Shown here piece after piece: positions 50,271 to 61,600 of a DNA stretch of 64,000 nucleotides. The notes below the pieces were generated by a model. That model was not told the DNA's origin, did not search any database, and was given only the letters and a program-made list of their open reading frames with translations. Source of the stretch: Trichosphaerium sp. ATCC 40318 (lineage: Eukaryota; Protista; Tubulinea). The translations under genes and the position numbers were made by a program. Location: contig JALMLS010000242.1 of assembly GCA_038496445.1 (NCBI GenBank), positions 35,090-99,089 on the forward strand. The letters run 5' to 3'. How positions within the stretch are numbered: the first letter of the stretch is position 1; each line of letters opens with the position of its first letter.

Positions 50271-53061
50271 TTAAGAAGTATCACTATCAGTCTCAGTGCT
50301 TTGGGATTCATCAACACCGGATAATATGACATGCTTTGGCATAATTAAACTTAAACAAATCTCGCTTATACCTACACCAGCCACTAGAAAGACAAAGTAA
50401 GCAGCAAGAAAAATACAAAAAACCAAAAATAATTTTGATAAAACTAATGATTTATGTCTCAGTGTTCGGATAGTACGAGTGTGGTTCAAATAAATAAAAA
50501 CGTGAGGTATATTGGATATTAAATAGCTGTAAAAAACCGTACATATAAGCCAAACAAGATGATAATTTAGAGGCCAAGACATTCCATTTGTTTGGCTCCA
50601 AGCAAATAAAGATCCCATAACCGAAGGCGCCATTGTCTTTAATATAGCACCAACACAGAATGAAATACCATTAATTTTCCCTACAATAGCAGCTGGGCTT
50701 GCAATATACACAACAATATTTATAGAGGTAAACGCAAGAGTGCCTAAAAAGAAAATCAGGAAAAAAAAAAGAAAACATTTGCGTTTGAGTCTACGATTCA
50801 ACTTCAAAAAAAAACCACTTGCCTGCGCTTGTTCTGAATAATACTGTACATAATAAACACGCCCATACAATCCATGGATGATGTATCGTTTCAGCTAAAC
50901 GAAAAATAAGTTAAAAAGAGAAAAGACTATGGTTCAAATAAACAAGTACGTGGTTTAGCAGCAGTTGGCATTGTAGCGTTTGCTGTAGGTGTTAAAGTCG
51001 AATTAAATAGCGTCGTATTATGTGTCAAGTGTGATGCACGCATAGAAGGGTCTACAGCAAGATACAATGTAGACATGTGCGGCAAAACCAACGAAGCTGT
51101 TTGAAATGTGAGTATTTTAAACCGTACACATTCTTGTGAATTGTACCTATTAGAAACAAGAAACATCCTAGCCTAAAGCAACCCATAACACCAAGGCGTT
51201 TGGCAATACGAGCTAAAGATGTTATAACGATAGTACAAGCAATTTCAAGAATAATTTAAGGTTGTTTGGAAGTCTTCTAACAAACGCAGCAAAAGGAAAA
51301 ACGAAGAACGTACTGTAAGCTACCATCTGGAAAAAGAAAAGCCAAGCACCTGCAACAGCCCATGTGATACCATTATCATCGGTACTAAACCTAAATTCAT
51401 TATTAGATAACTACCTATTACGTTATGGACAACTTACGCAACACCACCATATATTGGCTCCAAAAATGCCCACATTGCAAACAATTCATCGAAAGCAACA
51501 AAGTTAAGGCATAGCATGCAGTATAATCCAATAGACAAGATAGTGTACTTATATTCACCCCAGAATATCGTGATGTAATCCATACGAGTTTTATACTTAC
51601 CACTATAAGGCATTAGCAATGAGTATGAAAAAATACAAGTTATATACCTCGAATTAATTTCGATATCAATATCCGAGTCTTTTATGGTCTCTAGAGGTAT
51701 GCTATCATCATCTTCTGTAGTATTTATCTCTCCTGATACAGAACCAGAGTCACTACTGACATCTTCATCCTCATAATCCTCCATTTCAACAGTCTATCAA
51801 CAAAGGTCAACTTCAACAAAAAAAAAAAGAAGTTTTCTATGTTAACTGTTATCATCTTTTCGACCTCGAAGGTACGTACAATGGCATCATATGATGAAGC
51901 GTCTTTAGTTTCTGGTAGAACAAAGTAGCTTAGAATTAGTACACTTACACCAAGTATAGTACTAAATACTACAGGTAAAGCATAAGGAAATGTCTGAAAC
52001 ATAGTATTTCCAAAAACACTTGGATACTTCACGGCAGGTCTAGAACTGAATCCACCAATCATAGGCCCAACTAAAAGCTTACAATCAGATCATGAAATAC
52101 AAGTGTATATAACGTACTCATTGATCCAAGGGCCCATGCTAGAGATATTGCAGAAAAACCAGAGTTTCGGTTTGTTTTATCTGTTATATCACCACAATAC
52201 GTCTTTGCTGTTGGGAAACAAGCTAAATTATTCTTTCAATTAGATAGGATATTTTAGATGACAGCGTGCAATCCAGTAGACCAGTTATAAATCGTGCTGC
52301 TATAGCGCAGTAGTAATTTGGAGAAAACCCAAAGCATAGAGTTCCTAGAGTGATAGAAAAAGTTAGAGCGTTGATTTCTAAAAATAGAAAAAAAAACAAG
52401 GAAGAAAAAGTTTCACATTTTGGACGATTTGTAATAGTCTCTTTAAAACAATTCGCGTAGGTATCTTTTAAAGTACTCTACAAGTTCACTATGACGACGA
52501 AAACAAATAATTGTACACAAAAGTTGGATTTGTTGAAAGCGCTTAGCTCGGCAACTTTTTTTTTTCTGTTTTCTCAGAAAATTGGCATATCCGAAATAAG
52601 TTGGTACCTAGTACAGATCCAGTAGTTGTAATAAGTAAAACAGGTCTTCTTCCCCATTTATCAGACAACCAGCCAAATACTGGTGATCCTAAGCACTGTC
52701 CAATGTAAAACGCGCTTTGTGTTGTACATGTAAGCTTAAAGTGCGTAAACGCTATAAGTACTTACCTAGCTAGCACACCAGCGTAATATCCTACATAGAA
52801 AAGTGAGTTGCAAACAAAACCTCAAAACAGAATAAAAAAAACGAATTCGTCTCTTTTCTCCTTCTATCGTCGTACTGACTTGTTACACTTTTGCTATATC
52901 GTACCTACTTGCTGTTTGCTTCCATCTGTTATACCAAAGTCTACAATCATAAAGGAGATGAACGAGAATATTATCTGGGTGTTTAGAGAAGCAACGATGA
53001 GTATAAGAGTCAAAGCAAGCACTTTGACCTTTGGTAGAGGTGTTTCAACAGGGCTTGGCAT
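50271..53061 (-). CDS. MFS transporter, ZIFL/YCR023C-like, multi-exon
   Basis: MPSPVETPLP start; FGWLSDKWGRRPVLL motif A; GPMIGGFSSRPA..YP..F..FPYALP..LPET; GLGFSTDDNG; GKING..AP..GSLFAWS. Confidence 0.88.
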
Positions 53062-53952
53062 TGTTGTTAGAATGCAAGCTATTACTACTCCTTAAAACGC
53101 TCCGGTAGGTATTTTTACGCGTAGTTAAGCGTAAATGAGTGAGAATTTAAGCAGTTTAGTTTTTGATGAGCAAAATCTGAACAAGTGAGGCTTGAATAAC
53201 GTGTCAAGGTTGTACACGCTGAAGCAATATCAAGTAGACTTGTTTTAGCAAATTGAACATTCGATAATTTTTCTTCTGTTCAAAAAACTAGAATTTCTGA
53301 TCCAAGTCTTAAACTCGTAAATATATTCTCTAGGCGTGTAAGAACCTTCTGTTCTATCAGAAAAAACTTCATGTGAACTGATTGATATGAAGTATTTTTA
53401 TCACGTGACCGCATGTGAAATGTAGCGTCATTTTTCAAGATATTTTTGTTCAAAAGGCAGAGTCCAGAATTCAAACTAGCTAGTACGAATTACTTTCAAA
53501 CTTAGTTATCAATTGAACGTTGAAGCGATGCAATAGCTTTTTAGGCCGCCATACTCGTTTAGGCTACGGAGAACTAGGGTTGCACTAATGCGTACAGAGT
53601 CTACCAAAAAACTCCGATAATCTTGCCAGGATTGAGGCGGCCATTGAACAGTGTTGCATATCACTTAATGTACGGAGCGCTCACGATGACATTGTTATTG
53701 GGTTTTGGTTAGTACAAGGTCTTTCATGTTGAAGGAATAGTAACAAAGAATACAAGTAATATACATAAGCGAGTCATTACTTAACTAGCTCATTAAAATA
53801 GTTCATTTGGTGTTTCCACAATTTGCGACAAAAAGACATTCACTCATACTATAGTTCCCTTGCAAAATGAGTATGCTTCTGAATCAAACACCAACGGATC
53901 TAGAAGAGTAAGTTCACGTTTCAATGCAGCAAATACACGTGTTTTACTGTTA

Positions 53953-55275
53953 ATGGCAACATTTACTAATAGCATTGAGAGGCCATTAGAACTGCTTTGG
54001 CTGCCAATAGAGATTATATTTTGTATCCTGGCGTTTTTGGGCAACAAATGTCGTATATCCGCAACATTCGTTTGTAAACTCTTTTCTACGATCATTTTGA
54101 ATCATTTGGGTTATTTTGAGGTGACTGTCAAGTCAAGAGAAGAGCTACTCACACTAAACGGAAGTCCTCTTTTAAAAAACACAAAAGTAGTTATTGATAT
54201 TAGTACATTGACTGATGATGACTTTAAAAGTATTTCTGGTGTCCATCACCTGGAAACAAGCGATTGTGTATCACCAACAGATGCTATGCTAGAACATATT
54301 TCAGGTGTACATCATCTAGAACTACGTATAAGAAAACGTGGGTGCAAATTGACACGTTTTGGATTTAAATCACTTCATGGTATCCATACACTCATTGTAT
54401 CATGTGCGCATTTAAAAGATGAATGGATTCAAGAACTTGAGGGTATCCATACAATCGATATTTCGCACACATCTATAACTGATAAAGGACTTGCAGCACT
54501 CTCTGGAGTTCATACTATTAATTTAAGTGAGTGTTATAATATCAGTGATAAAGGTGTTATTGCCATTTCAGGCAGTGTACACAAGATACTGCTTAATCAT
54601 TGCTATATTACAGATAAAAGTGTAAGAGCACTAACAAATGCAAGAGCAATATCATTGGCTAGTACAAATATTACAGATGAAGGATTAAAGTACTTGTTGA
54701 CTCAAAATCGAGTGACAAACATCATCAACAAAATTAATCTTGATTGCATTCAAATATCAAATAATGTATTGAAACTCCTGGCTGGTATTCCTTGTGTAGA
54801 GATTCGTTATTCCCAACTAAATAGCAATACCCTGTCATGTTTGGTAGGAATACAGCATATTACTTTGAGAGCGTGCAATGTATCAAATGATGCTATAAAG
54901 CAATTGGCAGGTGTTAAAATGATTGATATTTGTTGTATTGCTTGCGTTGATGATAGTACTTTAAAGGCACTTGCAGGAGTACATACAATTTTCCTCGATT
55001 CAACATCTGTGACAGATAAAGGTCTAGGCTACTTGGTTGGCGTTAAAGTCATTAGCCTTTGTGAATGTAAGCTTATAACAGATAAAGGAGTGAATAGCCT
55101 TATTGGTGTCAAGGAAATTGATCTGGGAGACTGTTCACAAATCACAAATGATGGAGTTGTTAATTTAACAAGCCTTGATTTCCTGTACTTTTATGGTACC
55201 CAAATAACACAAAGAATGGTTTATAAACTAGGATGCAACACAAGCTACTCACACCAATTGTGGCCAAAGTTTTAA
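53953..55275 (+). CDS. Intronless F-box-like + GVHT-LRR protein (about 16 repeats)
   Basis: LLWLPIEIIFCIL; shared linker LxGSPLLKNT as in 11245; GVHTINLSECYNISDKGV repeats. Confidence 0.9.
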   Translation: MATFTNSIERPLELLWLPIEIIFCILAFLGNKCRISATFVCKLFSTIILNHLGYFEVTVKSREELLTLNGSPLLKNTKVVIDISTLTDDDFKSISGVHHLETSDCVSPTDAMLEHISGVHHLELRIRKRGCKLTRFGFKSLHGIHTLIVSCAHLKDEWIQELEGIHTIDISHTSITDKGLAALSGVHTINLSECYNISDKGVIAISGSVHKILLNHCYITDKSVRALTNARAISLASTNITDEGLKYLLTQNRVTNIINKINLDCIQISNNVLKLLAGIPCVEIRYSQLNSNTLSCLVGIQHITLRACNVSNDAIKQLAGVKMIDICCIACVDDSTLKALAGVHTIFLDSTSVTDKGLGYLVGVKVISLCECKLITDKGVNSLIGVKEIDLGDCSQITNDGVVNLTSLDFLYFYGTQITQRMVYKLGCNTSYSHQLWPKF

Positions 55276-55668
55276 AGTGGACCATATGTAGTTAAACGAA
55301 TTATCCAAAGACTTTTTTCTCTTTTTTTTTGATCTAAGTGCAAGTTGTTTCTTATGTGCTTTCTGTCTGTCGCTCTGTAGTTACTTAAGGTGTTTCTGTA
55401 CCATTGCAGTTTGTCAAATGCGTTGTTTATGCCGATATCCCGAAAAAAAACAACAAGGAAGTAAGTCACGTGTTTGGAGAAATGTACGCTGATGAACGAA
55501 AATCTTCGTTCCAAACCTAGCAAACATGCTCAATATTTCCACAACCATCCTAGTACGTGAGTCTCGTTCAGTCAATACGCGAATTTTTTTTTATCAAACA
55601 AACTTATTGTCGCTCGAATTGCGTACGTTGGTAGGTTTCAACGCATTCGAAGTAAGATAGAGCAAACT

Positions 55669-56743
55669 ATGAAAACTATGACTGTCAGTAAGCCAACAGA
55701 AGATGTTTCTAGTTCTAAAATAGACCAAGTCATTGCGAGGGTAGTGGGAGGAGATATTATTCACTTTAAAACAACCCATCCTCAAAAAAGCTCGCAGATT
55801 ACTTGCGCAAGCGTCTAGAGCGTATATTACACGAATCTAACATTCATCTGTGCCAATACGCAATTTCTAACGGAGAACATTTTAATCGCATCCAAGAGCT
55901 ACGAAAGTCTCTTCTAAACGATACATACATACATGAATGCATACGTGGGCTATTAGAGGTAACAAACTACAAATATGATGTTTTTGAGGCAATGACCTCT
56001 CTGACAGCCTATCCTGCTCGTGTAGGAGCTTGGATTCAATCTAACGTTAACGTACTTTGATAAACCAAGGCTACGTGCTGTTACAAGCGGTGGACACCTC
56101 AATAGAGCATCAGAAATGGTTTATTCCCTTCATCGTGATACTTGGTGAGTGTTTTGAGTTTTCTTCAGTCTAGCTCCCTTTCACACCTTGTTCAATAACA
56201 GAAATGTGGTTTAGGTATACATACGCAGAGCATGGTATTAACTTTTGGATCAATATCGATGATGTGTTGCCGTCAGAGAGTTTTATGATTTTGCCAAATT
56301 TTTTCAATGTCCCTGTCGAAAACACTTCAAGCTTTTTCTCCTATGATAAGTGGTGTGCTTCAGGAGGGTTTCAATCTGTTAAACCAAAGTCGTATTATCC
56401 TCACCTAACTTCTCCAGAGTCATTTGAGGACCAGATTGAAGAAAAAACTTGTTTTAATTGTACACATGGAAACATCATAATGTTCTCTCCTTCTCACTTA
56501 CACGGCACACAAAAGCATAGTAGTGGACGTACTAGGTTCAGTATGGAGTTTAGAGTTACAACACTTGATGAAAATCATGTACAAATGCGTTATGAAGGTG
56601 TTGATAATGAGTCAAAAGGAGATGCTCTTGTTCATAGTATATGCGCCAAAGACTTTGTATCTATTCATTCATCTGATGTTAATTTATTACGAGAGTTAAT
56701 TGCTAACTTTAAATCTCAACAAAAGCTTCAGGTGCACAAATAG
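55669..56743 (+). CDS. 2OG-Fe(II)/PhyH-like dioxygenase; probable 1-nt frameshift near 55775
   Basis: Spliced ELGFNLTLTYFDKPRLRAV..LHRDTW|Y..INFWINI..FSPSHLHGT..TRFSMEFR gives the HxD...H...R(xS) signature. Confidence 0.78.
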
Positions 56744-57102
56744 CAGCTAGTTATTTTTTTGTAGACAAGTCTATCACGTGACCACCTCCCAATGTATTGG
56801 TTGTGCACAAACAATAAATCACCTTGTGAACGATGGAACAACACTCCTGCCTGTAGTTTCCTTGGTGTTAGAAATATGTGGTGAACCAAAAAAAAGGTGA
56901 ACGAAGTGAGAATATTCGCTAGCTTTGTATGTATTCTAGAACGAGCTATTTAACAAAAAAAAGAGTGTAGTTTGCTACTGTAATAACAAATAAATCATTG
57001 AGTGGTTATTGTAAGAGGGAAATTCCTCACTGTAAAGTCACCCAATGTAAAATACCTGGATAATAAATGTGAGTTAAGAGTTACAACTTTACCTGTTACA
57101 TA

Positions 57103-57151
57103 TGGCGACCCTAGCAGGATTTGAACCTGCACAGCAGAGGGTCCAATAGAC
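57103..57151 (-). pseudogene. 3' half of a tRNA-Ser-like gene ending in GCCA
   Basis: Minus strand TCTATTGGACCCTCTGCTGTGCAGGTTCAAATCCTGCTAGGGTCG-CCA contains a variable arm, a T-arm (GCAGG/TTCAAAT/CCTGC) and an acceptor 3' strand. No D-arm or A-box was found upstream. Confidence 0.65.
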
Positions 57152-57228
57152 TGTATTCCTTTTCAGTTGTATTTGGATTTAGTAACAAAACTTTCAAGTG
57201 GTTGCCATATACTTGATGAGAGCTTTAT

Positions 57229-57666
57229 TTACATAAAGTTTTTTTTGAGGTATAAAAATACACCTCTTCTTTTTGAAAATCCCATTCTTTGTTTAGGTAC
57301 TGCATAAAGGGAATAACTTTCATCAGAAGATTTGAATGTATAAAGGAGTTTTTTGTCGTGCAACCAATCTGGGCTAACATAGGTACAAACCATTCCTTTT
57401 CCTCTCCCAATAACAGATACTCTACCAGGTAGAACAGTACTTGATGAATAAAGTGTTTTGGGTTCTGGGCATTTGATTTTAAAGCGCCTGGTATCTTTCG
57501 CTCCAAAGATTTTTCTACCGCGTTTTGGGGTGACTGTGATTGCACTTACGCCATCATACGTTGGTTGTCGTATATATTTCACTCGTTGGCGTTCATAACT
57601 AGCAGTAGTGCATTGAATAGATAATAATACTATCACAAACAGAACCAGAGAGTAAATGGTTGCCAT
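57229..57666 (-). CDS. Small secreted Lys/Arg-rich protein, unknown family
   Basis: Signal peptide MATIYSLVLFVIVLLSIQCTTA; intronless 145 aa; strongly basic, 2 Cys in the mature part. Confidence 0.7.
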   Translation of the reverse strand: MATIYSLVLFVIVLLSIQCTTASYERQRVKYIRQPTYDGVSAITVTPKRGRKIFGAKDTRRFKIKCPEPKTLYSSSTVLPGRVSVIGRGKGMVCTYVSPDWLHDKKLLYTFKSSDESYSLYAVPKQRMGFSKRRGVFLYLKKNFM

Positions 57667-58666
57667 GTTGTGCTATTTGTGCGAAAACTTGATGTTAATT
57701 AGGAATGTCCTTTCTTTTTTGGGATAGCTCCTTCCAAATACATGATTTGAAGTGTGTTGTCATCACCTTGGCGTAAAAATTCCATTATTAATATTCTCAC
57801 GTTGGATGTCGCTAATTTGACGAAAGATGTTCCTCGAGAACTGACCCGGATTATCGATCAACAAAATTAGCGATAATAATCCCAATTTTTAGTTTGTTAT
57901 TACCCATAACGTACATCTTTTTCATCCCTCATAGTTTACCCAATGGATGCTAGCATATATGTATGTATATATAACTAAACAGTTCTCCTTGTTAACATAC
58001 ACTAGATACTCACAGTGATGAACAAAACCGAGTGCAAAAATATGGACTATTGCTAATCTTTTTTATCGCTCTGCGCCAAATTCCGGCCATATTTTGTTGT
58101 AAAATTAGTCACACACGAAAGTATGACAATGTCCTTCATACATAGGAAATTCGTAGTTGGAAGTCCAATATCATTTGGGTAGCCAACACGCGAATCTTCG
58201 TATTTTGGTGAATCGCCCAAACAGTCAAGCAGAGTAAACTAACACGTGGCTCGAGCTTGTAGAAACCAGTAATTAGAGCTACTAATCGGTCAGAAAACAA
58301 TTAACCCTGATTTAAAAAAGGTACGGTAACAAGAATGGTAAAGCGGAATTGTTCCTCTCGTTCGAATTGGTATTTGTTTACAGATACTGACGTCATACTG
58401 TTGGCTATGTATCTACCATACCCGCCAATGGTGACATTTTGTGAAGGTCGGTTATAGACCCGAGCGATGCGACGAGCCCAACAAAAGGGAACAGCGGTCA
58501 TTGTAGCTAGTATTTGCTGTATTACATCTTTTCGAACAAACTCGAACAATTTTCGAACCAAATTTTTTTACCAGTTTTCTGTATATTAATCCATGATAGA
58601 AAAACTCGTTTTGTAAGCACGTGGACCATTTAATTCCTGTACAAGCTTTCGCTAGCATATTTCGAC

Positions 58667-61600
58667 ATGTCTGATCTTACGCCTACGGAACCAGGTACGT
58701 ACAATTTTTTCTATCCCAATTTAGACCACAAGCTCACGTTTTTTTTTTGTAAAATGCTGAAATGGTTCTTCAGCATGCCAAGAATCAATTGGTCAAAACA
58801 ACCCCAAAATATTTAGTGGTGTGAAGTCACGTGAACAAGCAAAAAAGAAAAAACAGCTTTTTCTTTTTAACGTTTTGATTTTGATCCCAAGTTGGTGCTA
58901 ATTGTGCTCATAAAGGTAAACAGCAGTATTTTACTGAGCTGCATAATGACGAAGGCACTCTCATATACAAAGGTAACTTTATGGACAGCACCTATCATGG
59001 TACTGGAGAGAAGTATAGGTCGTCAGATGGTACACTCTTATACAAAGGAAATTTTTCGCATGGTGATTACCATGGTACAGGACAATTATATTGGGGAAAT
59101 GGTAACATCCAACGTAAAGGTATATTTAAGTACAATCGCCTTCAGATAGGAGAGTGTTATAGGCAAGATGGTACACTCTTATACAAAGGAGAATTTGAGC
59201 AAGGTGATTACCATGGTACAGGACAATTATATTGGGGAAATGGTAACATCCAATATAAAGGTGAATTTAGGAATAATTGCCTTTGTAGAGGAGATTGTTA
59301 TAGGCAAGATGGTACCCTCCAATACAAAGGAGAATTTTGGGGCAACTCAAGATACATACCTAAATTTATGGGGACATTTCATGGTAAGGGAGTGTTTCTT
59401 TATCAAAATGGTACCAAGTACATTGGACAATTTGACAACGATAAGTTCCATGGTATTGGTGAGAAGTATTGGCCAGATGGTCGTAAATACATTGGTAAAT
59501 TTGAACACAACAAGAAGTCAGCAAGCGGCAGTAAAAAGCAGAAAACTATTGCTGGAAACCCAGATCAGGTTGCCTTTTCTAATATTGTGGATACAATATT
59601 CTCTTCCCCTAGCATAAAAAATATAGACGACCAAAGTATAATAGAAGAAGTTCGGGTGTTTACACAACATACTAGCGCTCACAGCAACTTATTTATGATT
59701 CCCAAAATCATCGATATTGCAACAGACAAATTAAACTTTATAGGCATGTGTACATCACAAAAAAAAGTATTTGAAGTATATTCTAAGAGTGAATGTATAT
59801 TGGTTAAAGATGCTATAAAGCAGCACCAAGCAGTACAAAAATATGGCAACAATGTAGATTGTTATTGTGATTTTGTATTTATCTATGACCTTTGTAAAAA
59901 AGATCCTGAGATATCACTTCATGAAGGTGCGGTGTCTTTTATACCACTATCTTTATACTTATTGATTATTTAAATAGTAACAACTATGGCACGTGGTATT
60001 TCTAGAGCACGTGTGATACCCATAAAAAAGGACACGCTATCAGACGAAAAGATACAACAGTTCCGATATTACTTTCGGTATGGTTGTGACAAACTGGATT
60101 CGGTAATTAGCTGTGGTATTGTTAATGGAGTGTCATGAAAAATATGATTTTGATGGTTCTGAGCAATTGGAAGCTAAAATAATGGTTATGGGACATGAAG
60201 GATCAGGTATTTTATCAAAGTCGGATGATTGATGATACTCTAATTATTAATTAGGCAAGACAACACTTGTGAGGACATTGGCAAAGGAAACAAATAGAAT
60301 AGCGGATTCAACAATTGGTTTTGATACATCACATCTCTCGTATGTTCTATGTTATGGTGCCATAACTTTAATCCAATTTAGTTTACATGGCGTATCATTC
60401 ACAGTGTTAGACTTTGCTGGACAGACGGAATATAAAGGATTACATAAGTACTTTTTAGCAAGGCAACTCACTATTTACATCATCGTTGTAAGTTCATAGT
60501 GCACCAATATCACGCTTGCTTCCTTATCATTCACCAACTTTAGATTGACTTGTCAACATCAATCAAAGAGCAACAGGAGCACCTCAAATATTGGTGTCGG
60601 GCTTTAAATGAGATACTATTTGGCCAAGATCCAAAGTTATACTCGGTGATTGTATTTGGATCCAAATTGGATATCTTTTTAGGAGATATCAAGGCCAATA
60701 AACAAGCATTGATTCCTATAGGACTATCACTAGTACAGTACTTATGCTTAGACGGTACCACCTTTATACGTTTTTACAATCGCTTATCCTTACTGTTTAG
60801 GAACAAGTGCTCTCGTCAAATTATTGGAGCATCAAGCCAAGTACTTGAAGGCCCAATATCCTAGAGTACCTTCAATGTACATAGATATCAAGAATGCACT
60901 TGAGAAAATCACAAACAAGGATACTCTTAAGGACAACATCATATCAATGTACGTTGTGTTAGTGTATTTAATATTGTCACTAACTAGTACTCAGAAAGAA
61001 GCTAATAGAAGAAAAGTTTATTAAAAAGTCCACTACATGTATAATGTCTCCAATAGAGTTGGTTGCTGCATTAAATTACATTCATTCCATTGGTAGCATC
61101 ATGTTTGATGAGGTATGTGCTTCTTCAACTAGGAGTATACTTGCTTAACAAACTGATTTTACCATATTTAGTCGTCATACATGCTGTGTTTGCACCCTCC
61201 TATTCTATCTCGTATCATGAGTGCTTTTCTAGCACCCAAAGAACATCTTGATAGATTGATCAAAAACAACACTCATAATCATCATGCTGTATTCACTGAC
61301 TCAGAAGCTAAATCTCGAATCTCAAAGCTATTTCCAAAATGCACTAAACGTGAAGTGAAGCAGGTGATGAAATTCTTGGTACAAATGTCGTTCTGCGTTC
61401 GCTTGACAGAAGAAGAAAAGGTAACAGATAGTGTATGTACTCTACAACTTTTTCTCAATGTAGTTATTCAGGTTGTGTATGGCGCTGATGGATACCTTAT
61501 TATATCGCTATTACCTAAAGCTGATATGCTTTACTTTCCTCCATTGACCCAAAAGGAGCAAAGTATTACGTTAGTTCAGACAAAGAACAAAAACTCACAT

